From Marsupella aquatica (Eukaryota > Plantae > Marchantiophyta): DNA of 64,000 nt. The DNA is taken from positions 26,834,798-26,898,797 of the forward strand of contig OZ316893.1 of NCBI GenBank assembly GCA_973895155.1. Direction: 5' to 3'. Below, piece after piece: positions 36,853 through 46,463 of the stretch (position 1 is the stretch's first letter; each line of letters starts with the position of its first letter). Below the pieces are notes generated by a model that did not search any database, was not told the DNA's origin, and saw only the letters and a program-made list of their open reading frames with translations. The position numbers were made by a program, and so were the translations under genes.

Positions 36853-38169
36853 ATGTCTTGCTTCCAATAGTTCCACGTCGGATTCAAACTCAGACACGAG
36901 CTTGTCTGAGGAGGAGGTTCCTCCACCCCCCCCTCCAGACCAACCTCGTGCTCGGCCACTAGGGTCCATACCTTGTTGGTGTGTGAGATGTAAGGGACTT
37001 GTGGTTCGACATGCCTGGGAGACTTGTGAGCACATCAAAAACTATAGTCGCCACGAGGGTGATACACCAGGGTATTTGCCTAGCCAGGTAATAAATACGT
37101 CCCTCCTTCATTCCATGAAATTCCAATAATTAGTCCACAAATGCTAAATTACTTTACATCTAAACAACAATTCATGTATTGATTTGTGTCAAATCATTGT
37201 TTGTTGAAATAGGTGCCTTGTAGACCCCCACCTCCTCTGGTTGATAATGCTATGTGGTTGGAAGGGTTTCTAGCAAGGGCTAGTGAGTTGCTTGCATCTG
37301 CCCTTGCCCATCCACCTCTTAGTCCCCCTGCTCCTATCCCCACACATGCGCATGTAGACGAGGATGCACCGGTCTCTCGACCCGAGGAAATGGATACTAG
37401 GGTCCTACGTACACATTCACGGTCTCGCAGACATAGATGACAATATGAACTGGTGGAGCAGGTAGAGAATCGGGAGGAGGCGTTACGTAGTGATCGACCA
37501 CCCGGAAAAGGAGATTATATTTGTGTTGAGGGCCGGTTTGGACTATCTTATCTCACTGGTAGGGCTGCTGATGTTTGGAAGGACTTTTCTCCTAGTCTCT
37601 TCAAATTTCCAGATTTCATTCATACTGATGAACCAGTTGACATATGGGGTCGGCCTTGGATAGTGAAGGCATCCTCTATTGGTGCTGATATAGGATATGG
37701 TCTATATGCTTTGGAGGACATTGTGGTCCCTCCAAAGCCATGGAGACGTGGATATGACGGAGAGCACCTTTCCCGGCACCTTTTCCCTTACATTGGGGCT
37801 GTATTTCATGCAAAGAGTTGGAAGACTTTGTTGCGTCAGCACCCAAGCTGGGGGGTGTACGCCTTGAGGATGGACTCAGACCCAGATGAGGTTTTGACTA
37901 GGCCGTGGCATTGTAGGATGATTGATGGTGACCCTATTCAGAATGGTAATTTAGCAGGGTACATCAATAGTACAACGGGTAGAGGTAGAGATTTTGAGGC
38001 TAATGTAGAGTGGATCCAAATTTTTGGCCCTCCTAGAGATCCGTATTTTGTGAAACATATGGATGACCATATCATGACAGTAGCCATTAGGACTATTAGA
38101 GCCGGTGAGGAGATATTGTGTGAGTATGAGTGGGACGCCCCAAAATTGTCCCTACGTTGCCGTCCATGA
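36853..38169 (+). pseudogene. SET-domain gene: CxCxxC..H exon (to 37087) + SET exon (37213-38169)
   Basis: VKASSI..GYGLYALEDI, IDG..GNLAGYINS, ANV and AIRTIRAGEEILCEY. GT-AG intron 37088-37212 in phase 0. One CGA>TGA stop at 37438 and a probable +1 frameshift near the start. Confidence 0.82.
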
Positions 38170-38297
38170 TAGTATGTTGGACTTACATGCATGTAAATCT
38201 TACATTGAATTAATGAGATTCATGATGATTTATATATATATATTGATGATTGTAATGAGATTAATGTTAATGAGATTGCATTGATGTTGTATGATAG

Positions 38298-41200
38298 AAT
38301 CAATATGTACAATCTGATATTGGGGTCATATCACGAGCTATGCGACAACACATTGTTGAGGCCATGGTGGCCAACCATGGGCATGATGGAGGGATGCAGG
38401 AGGATGATGTACAACATGAGGGTGATAATCCTACTCAAGCACATCTGGATGAGGAGAGGGCCATGGATGAGGTCATGGACCAATTTTATGATGATGATGT
38501 TGATATTGGTATGGAGGATATGGGTACAGCTGATGACAACACCACTCATCCAAGACCTTCTAGGGGGGGACAGAACAAGGATTGGGAGGAGGCTCAACGT
38601 CATGCTCGTACTCGCATATTTGAGGGTAGCACCTTATCTCGGCTCTTTGCAATAATGTTGTTGCTGAATGTGCAACAAAGACATGGGGCTAGCAACCTAC
38701 TTTTGGATGATGTTTTTCGTACCTTGCATGATCACATTTTGCCACCAGGCAATACCATGCCAGCCTCTTGGAAGGAGGCAAAACAAGTGTTGAAGTCCAT
38801 TGGCCTCAAGTATGTAGTGATACATGCATGTGTGAATGATTGTATTCTTTTGAGGGGGGAGCATGAGAATGCAACTGCATGTCCTAAGTGTGAGAAGCCG
38901 CGCTACCGTGATGACATGTTGACAGGGAAGGTGCCTCAAAAGGTTATGCGATACTTTCCTCTCATCCCCCGATTGCGACATCAGTACCGTTGTGCAGAGT
39001 TAGCTGAGTACATGGTATGGCACTCAAAGAATCATTCTGATATGGCTACGAACTCTAGTGCCATGCGGATGATGGTTGACTCTCCTGCCAATCGATTTTT
39101 TGAGGGCAGATGGGGGGAGTTCAGCACTGAACCACGACATGTTCAACTTGGCTTGGCAGCTGATGGTATCAGCCCTTTTGCATTGGCGGGTAAAGCAAAA
39201 CCATATTCAGTATGGCCAGTAGTTTTGACTAACTACAATATCCTTCCATGGATGGCCATGAAGAAAGGTCATTTATTGCTCTCCATGATCATCTCGGGTC
39301 CTAAGCAAGTAAAAAAGATTGACATCTACTTGCAACCATTGATTGATGAGCTTTTGCAACTGTGGAGAGGAGTGGATTGTTATGACGGACGTCGCAATAT
39401 AGGAGGTGTACCTCGCACGTTTACCCTCAAGGCCATCCTTATGTGGACCATGCATGACCTACCAGGTATGACCTGATAAACCTTAGCTTATTTCCTTGAT
39501 GTACTACCTTAAATTTAGTGTGCATTAACCTTATTTCATAATTGGCTGGTTGTATATGGGCTTGGTACAGGGTTTGGGTATATCTCTGGATTGCAAACAT
39601 CAGACTATCGAGCTTGCCCTTCATGCGGACCGGATTTGGAGGGAGTGGCAAGACGCAAGTCAAGTACTTTGCGTAAGATAGTTTACATTGGTCATACCAA
39701 ATCTTCCAGCAGACCATCCTTGGAGGAGTGATCATTTCTTGTATGACATTGATGAGGGCCAACCTGATACTCGTCCTCAACCTCAGCGAAAGGATCCAAC
39801 ATATTGGAGAGAGGTATGGGAGAGAGTTCAAGACCCTGATGATCCATTACAGTTTCTCCGATGTGGCATGACCCGTTTATCTGCATTGTCACAGTTGCCA
39901 TATTGGTCAGAGATGCCCATTAATCACTTGTTGGATGCGATGCACATTGAGGGAAATGTGGGGAGATCATTGATTCGTCATCTATATGGGGAGAAGAACC
40001 ACAACTGGAGAGAAAGTTGTGAGGAGATGGGGATGCATGGTCTTTTGGGTTTTTGGCCATCTTTGGACCCCCTTGGTGATCCCCCTAGCATCCATCCTCC
40101 TTGGGTTTTGACCAGGGCAGAGCGCATAGAGTTTCGCAGACGGATTGGGTCAATGAGGTTTCCCACAGGTTATGGTGCCAATCTTCGTAAGGCATTTGGG
40201 GGGGATGATTCTCCAAAATGGCCATCGTACCTAAAAACACATGATTATCATCGGTTACTAGAACATGTCATTCCAGTTGAGATTATTGGATTGGGTAGTG
40301 AGGAACTTCGTGATGCTCTTTGGTCATTGGGCAAGTTTTTGAGATGGGTATGTCAGAAGGAGGTACCAGAGGATGACATTGCTGCGATGGAGATATTTGG
40401 AGTAGAGGTTGTTTGCAAGTTGGAGAAGGCACTTCCACCCTCATGCTTTGATGGTCAGGTTCATTTCCTCATACATTTAGTGCGTGAGGTAGCAATTGCA
40501 GGCCCAGTACATTGTCGATGGATGTATTGGGTAGAGCGTTACATGGGGGTGATGAAGTCATATGTCTCTAATCGGGCTAGGGTGGAAGGTAGCATTGCAG
40601 AGCGTCATCTTGGAGCAGAGAGTATGTTTTATTGTACAAACATAGTTGTCACACTAGATCCAAGGGCACCTAGGGGATGGATAGATGAGGCGGCACGAGA
40701 GGCAGACTATTAGGATGATAGACTCACTGGGGCATCAGGAGAGCATGGCTTAGGCTCAGCAGAGCGTTTGCAACTTACAACATTTATATTGTATAACTCA
40801 CCAGAGGTTGTAGGGGAGTGGACAACATTTTATGAGGAGGAGAAGCAAAATAGTCGACGGCCACGGTTGTTTCCCAAGTTTCACCCATACATGAAATCAA
40901 AGTTGTTAGAAGTGGATGCCTTGGTGGGTACCGGAGACAGTATATTACATTACCCACAAGTGACTGATAAGCTTCGTACCTTGGTTCATGGTCCACTGCT
41001 TAAAGTCACGACTCGGACGACAATGTGGTCAAAGGGGAGACATTTTTGTGTGGAACGACTTGATGAGAAGAGAGCAGCTACACAAGATTGTGGGGTGATG
41101 GGTTGAATTGGTTCACCCAGGATTCCTAGAGTAGCACGTCAAACATGAACCCCATTCGCTCCACCGTGGCCCATTATGGGAAGATTGATGAGATCCTGAC

Positions 41201-41543
41201 AGTGAAGTACCATGCACATACTACTTTGGAGGAGGTGGTATTTAAGTGCAAATGGTTCAAGATGAATCTTGTAGGCAACAATCGAACATGTGAAGATGAT
41301 GCGTGCGGATTTACCCGTTTGAAGACATCTGCAAATAGTGTCATTAGTTCTAATTGGAGGTCCTTAGATCCCTTTGCCTTCCCACGTCACCTTGAGCAGT
41401 GCTTTTACCTACCCTATCCAGATGACCCACATTGGTCCATTGTCATGCCTTATATCCCTAGATCACGGTCTATAGTCCAAGAGAGACCCAATGTCGTTGT
41501 AGTGGAAGACAACGACATCCCCGACCCTCCACAAGCTAGTTAG
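38298..41543 (+). pseudogene. CACTA-2 TnpD-type transposase
   Basis: IHACVNDC, MRYFPLIPRL, RHVQLGLAADGISPF, HDLPG (intron 39466-39570), LDAMHIEGN, KTHDYH, WMYWVERYM and DPFAFP..QCFY. Frameshift near 39695 and stop at 40711. Confidence 0.92.
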
Positions 41544-42321
41544 TATATTTTGTATGTAGCTAGGCCCCCCCCCAACCACACCACCTTCATGTTTTTTTAA
41601 TTGGCAATATAAAAGTTGGCATCATTACTTCTTTAATTGTCATGGTATGCACATGCCCAAAATCTCTTGGTTATATATAGAAGTGTCCTTACCTTATATA
41701 CCCTTCCTAAGAACCCCCCCGCCTTATGTCCCATTGACCGTCCCATGAAAAAGCCATCGGATTTCCATCGCACCTTCTAGAAACAGAAACCAGACTGATA
41801 CTTCCAACTACGGACTATTCCATATAAAACCCATCTGACACACATTTCCGATCCTCTCCACAACGTACACCTTCTCCTCCTTTGTTGACGAGATATCCGA
41901 TCCAACATCCGACGGACAATGTCTGACATAATTTTTTATGCACAAACTATCCGACCCTAAACCCAACGGACACAAATATCCGATGCATTCCATGACGGTC
42001 CTAGTCCGATACAACTACCAACGCAAACATCTTGCGATGCATTAAGGTTCGGACGAATTATGCGGTCATAGCGACATAGTTTCCGATATGTTTAGTGTTG
42101 GATACTGTCCGATAGTAGTACGATGGGACAGTGTATGCGATGGGTTTTACATCGGAATATGTAGATCCGATGGTATCAGGATCAGAAAATACGTTGCGGG
42201 GCATATCGGATATTGTCCGAAGTGTTTGGCATGGGATGGGTGACGTTTGGCTCAAAAGGAGTATCGGAAAACCGCCGAAAATGTACTAGTATTGTGTAGC
42301 AATGTGTATGCGCACGACAGC

Positions 42322-42651
42322 TGTCACACCATTTAGAGTGGTAGTAAAGTATATTGTACTATCTAGGGTATAGAGGTTTTGTATGTGTGCTATATGAGCA
42401 CTTTGTGTTTAGTTTGAGTTGGTGTGAGGGATAGTTATCCCCTTGTGTTGGCTCAAAGGCCTCATCTTTCAATGTTGAGCCTTTGAGCATGAGCTTGGTG
42501 GCTATGGTGTGGCTGACCAGGTTGTGTGCATGTAACGTGGATTCCTTGAAGCACAAGGTGCGTTGGGCTTGACATATATGTGTGATCGCGTCGGACGGGA
42601 TTGATGTTGGATTAGCACTGATCATTGTTCAATTTCATCCATTGAAGATTA
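42322..42651 (+). repeat. Repeat A2 (330 bp)
   Basis: Copy of 9303-9632. Confidence 0.93.
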
Positions 42652-42652
42652 T

Positions 42653-42791
42653 TGTGGATTTTGGGCATGTGTGGACATTGGTTCCATTTGTACTCCATTC
42701 TCTTATGTTTGTGTTAGTGGATTGTGACTATGGCGCTTGGATATGTGTGACAAGCGATGTATGTTGTGTAGCGATGTGTATGCACACGACA
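42653..42791 (+). repeat. Terminal repeat B2 (139 bp, TG...CA)
   Basis: Copy of B1, followed by TSD CCAT. Confidence 0.9.
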
Positions 42792-43012
42792 CCATTTATC
42801 CAAGCACACACTGCTTAGGATATAGTGTGCAACTTAGTTGACCCAACCACATCTCCAACTATGGTTATATGTCGTAATCCTAGACCTGCGAGTAAATACC
42901 TAACAATTAGGTGGTTAGTCTCTCATTTATTTTTGCTTGTTACCCTCCTTTCCAAGCCCAGGGGGCTACACTAGTTGTAGCACCATCTATTTGCGATCCT
43001 CAAAACCATTCA

Positions 43013-43122
43013 AGGAGACAAGTCTGTGGAAACTCATTAACTCGGCCTTGATTCTCCCCCACACCTTGCCGGAAGGGGTACCTTGTCTTTTCATTCCCAT
43101 TTTGACATCACCCTTGTCACTT
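43013..43122. repeat. Dispersed ~110-bp repeat; inverted copy at ~54613-54722
   Basis: GGAAACTCATTAACT..CCCCCACACCTTGCCGGAAG..TGTCTTTTCATTC matches the reverse complement of 54613-54722. Confidence 0.8.
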
Positions 43123-44161
43123 TTTAGGTCAGGGTCTCATACTCGCTGCCCATGCCCCAAAGTCAATTACTCATCTTTACTCTTATGTTATTTTTACTTT
43201 TCATTAAGTTTTGAATTAATGCTTCAAGTGACGTTCATTGCAATTACCCGGATGGAAGTACCCCTAGACGACGTTTTCTTATTTTTGCATGTTTGTAAGC
43301 AGGAGAAGAAGACAGATTTTGGGAAGGTGCGTCTCGCTTTGTGATTTGTGTCTGTGTAAGCAAACAATTAATGTGTGCAGATTTGGATTTGGCTTTCAGT
43401 TCATTCCTTTTGCTTGTGCAAATAAGAATTGGGATGTCTTGATCTGGAAAGGAATTGAGAAGACCTAGAAGCGCACTGGCGGACCGGCTAGTACTTGGCA
43501 GGGTGGATCTTTGCTTCGGTTGATTCTCCATAGGGAGTCCGAACACTACTACGGATGGCTTGAATGAAAATTGGTGAACAGTGTTACAGATTGAAACTGT
43601 TTTGAGAAAGTTTGACTCAGTTAGTGCCTTGCGGGAGGGAGATTGAGGCTATGCTCGTTGCGCCCAGGGTTTGTTGATCTAGTGAACCTGGGATGATCGC
43701 GGGGACGGTGTTGGCCTCACTGGAGCTAAGGCACTTAAATGCGCGGACTTAGGGCGAGGCAAGCAGGATTACTTATTTAGGATTAGTGGTTGATTCTCCA
43801 CGGTGTAATCTGCTCCTGCTGTCAGTTGCGGCTGTTGAGAGTGAACGGGTTGGATTTGGGTGAGGAAAACTGGATTACTTACTTTGGATTAGTGGCTGAT
43901 TCTCCTCGGGGTTTCTGCTCTTGTTGTGGTAGCGGCGGTGAAGTGGGAACCGTGTGTTCTGGTGCGCTTCCCCTGGATTGGATTTGACTATTCCGACGGA
44001 ATAGCCTTATTGAATTTTGGTGAAGTATCACATAGAGGTTTGTGGTCTGCTAAATCCCGGTTTATCGGCGCGATTAGAAGGGTGGGAGAAGAGCTGTGGG
44101 ACTGCTAATGGCGATTACACTTCGGGAGATTTGATCGTGGAAGTGTAAACTCGGGTGCTAA

Positions 44162-46431
44162 TTGCCAATGGGGCATTACCGGCAGGTCACTGGACGTGTT
44201 GTGGACTCCCGTGGTTTCTCAAAGGACGGTGGAGTGGGCAGACACAGTTACTCACGACAGGACGCATGTTCTTACGAGGCTCCTCTGGATTGTGGCCCTG
44301 CTGACCTTGCGAAGCCTCTGAGGAGAATCTCTCTTGAGACTGCTAATGTGCCTTTGGAAAGGCTAGATCCCTTTGAGGTTGAATCCGCGCAATGGGACGA
44401 GAGACACGAAGCTATTCAGAGGAATTTTGAGGCGGTTGAAGAATGTGGTCAAGTGGGTACATATCGTCTTGAGGGGAACTGGGACGTCCCTGTTGCTCAT
44501 CGTCGACCGCTGCCAATGGGGAATTGTTGGCCAGCTGCTACGGGGACTAGCAATGGGGTGACGATGCCTGTCAATGGGAGGATTGCCAGTCCTGCGGGGA
44601 CCAAAATTGCTTCTCCTTTGGTGATGGATCAGAATCAATGTCACGGAGGGGATTCAGTGGGGATCGAGGAACTGGGGGCTGCGAATGAGGAAGTAATCCC
44701 GGAGGAGTGCATTGATATTCTGAAGAAAATTGTTGAGGGTTCGACTGATACCTGGCCATCTAAACTTCATACTACCTTGGTCTGGCTTGTGGAAGAATCT
44801 GCTCTTTCTGTCCACGAGCTTTTCCATTGCTCTATGTTATGCTACTTCACTGATCGGGCGCCCCTTCTTCCCGTGTTCAAAGACTGGGTTGCTGCTGAAA
44901 TGGTGGAAGGGATGGGATGGTCGGTGACCCAGACTAAATATGTGGGTAAAAATTTCTTCTTGATTGCATTTGAATATCCATAGCATAGGGAGGCGGCTCT
45001 TGCACAGGCACCTTGGTTCTTGGAGCGCAAATTTATGTTCACATTTCCCTGGGACCCATCTTTCGATGTCAAAAAGGAGTCATATGTGAAGCTCCCTGTG
45101 TGGATTGAAATTCCCTTTCGCTCTTTACTACTGGAGGGCTGTCGTAAAAGGATTGCGGCATCTTTTGGGAGAGTGTTGTACTACATACAGGGTGATGAAC
45201 GGAGCTCCTATCCACATGATAGGGCTTGTATCCTTTGGGACACCCGGAGGGAGGTCCCCTGTAGCGTGAAGGTGATGATTTGGGAGGATATTGCTATCTG
45301 GCAGCCAGTGATTTTCAAGAATATTCCTTATCACTGCTACAGGTGTAACAAGAAAGGGCACTTAGCTAGAGATTGCTTGACTATGGAGGCTGCGGAGGAG
45401 GCTCGGGCTCGGAAGGAGCTGGAGAATGTAAACGCTTTGGCCCCGGTGGGGGTGGTGGTAGGAGTGACGGCTCCAGTCGCTGCTACGAAAGATGATAGTG
45501 CTGCCACGGCGGAGGAGCATGTGAGGATTAACGAGGGTAATGGAGTTTTGGTTGGTGCGGGCAACACTGATAGGAGGGCTGAAATTTCGGCGTCCATGCC
45601 TCAGGATTCAGGGGCTTTGAAGGGCGTTACTACTGAATTGGTTGTCGGGATGACCCCCCTTCGGAATGTGTGCGGAGGGGAGGTCTTCCAGATTTGACGC
45701 ATCCTTTGGAGGCTGGTGGACTTTTAGCGTCAAACGGTGGGAAGCTGTGTGGGACTGCGACAATTCTTGGATCCGCTGCTGGTGTAGTCGCAGTGGGACA
45801 TTTGGTTAGGAGTGACGGAACTCCTCTTCTCCCTGCTGCTGTGTTGGACTCTCAAGGACCAAGAAGGGAAGTGGAAGATGAGGGGCAGGGGATTCTAATG
45901 CGAGAGTTGATGAATAAGGAAGCCATTGAGGGTCCGGTTGCTGCAATGGTGGCCTCTATTGCGGCGGTGGAAGCATCTATTGAGGAGGCTGAGCTTTCAC
46001 TTGGGAACGCAACTGAGGGATCGGGTGTGGATGAGAGGATGTCTTACCATGGAGAATCAGACCCCGGGCTATCAGAGTACGAGAAGTATATCTCTAAAAG
46101 TCAAATTAAAAAGGATAGAACAAGGAAATTGGAAAGACGGACACCACCAACTGAGAGGAAGAACAAAGGGAAGAAGGAACAAAAGAAACAACGATCCTTA
46201 CATTTTGAACCATTGCAATTGCAGGGTGATGGTGGGGTGATGATGATTGATCAGGCTAGCGGAGGAGCGGACAAAGAAGACTGGGCGGTGCCACCTAGGG
46301 ACTCGGGAGGAGGCAGTGAGATGGCGGGGACTGGAGTAGACCTGGGGAATATCTCTTATGCTCGGGCTCTAGAGGGTGTACATGTGGAGACCGGGTCCCC
46401 TCCGGTTGAGAGTTGTTTCCCTATGATGTGA
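44162..46431 (+). pseudogene. LINE ORF1 (DUF4283/RRM-like + CCHC knuckle)
   Basis: GKNFFLIAFE..APWFL..PWDP.F..LPVWIEIP and CYRCNKKGHLARDC. Stop at 44981 and a frameshift near 45680. Confidence 0.85.
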
Positions 46432-46463
46432 CGAGCTTGAAAGGACTGAAGGGGGTGGGAATT

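Larger units (their letters stand above)
32522..42291 (+). mobile_element. CACTA transposon 2, 9.8 kb
   Basis: TIRs CACTAGTACATTTT / AAAATGTACTAGT(A) and TSD TTG (32519-32521 / 42292-42294). The empty site GTATGTTGTGTAGC is present in B2. TCCGA/TCGGA subterminal repeats. Confidence 0.95.
32411..42319 (+). repeat. Repeat B1 (136 bp: 32411-32521 + 42295-42319), split by CACTA-2
   Basis: The rejoined sequence matches B2 at 42653-42791. Confidence 0.9.
9303..42791 (+). mobile_element. Ty3/gypsy-type retroelement with DNMT and PHD domains and split direct repeats (~9.8 kb after removing two nested CACTAs), decayed
   Basis: TGTC...GACA termini with 4-bp TSD CCAT (9299-9302 / 42792-42795). Domain order is gag-PR-DNMT-RT-RH-IN-PHD. 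Confidence 0.9.
9085..42905 (-). mobile_element. Copia-type solo LTR (~328 bp) split into 9085-9302 and 42796-42905 by the Ty3 insertion
   Basis: 5-bp TSD ATTAG at 9080-9084 and 42906-42910. Termini are TATTG (decayed TGTTG)...TAACA. The minus strand carries CGTGGACATAGCC..GAACCACATATCTCTTGTG, a motif typical of plant copia LTRs. Confidence 0.75.

Noticed and set aside
9303-42651. A1 and A2 as an ordinary LTR pair
   Set aside because: A2 has no PPT before it, lacks a CA end and has no matching TSD. The CCAT TSD follows B2 instead.
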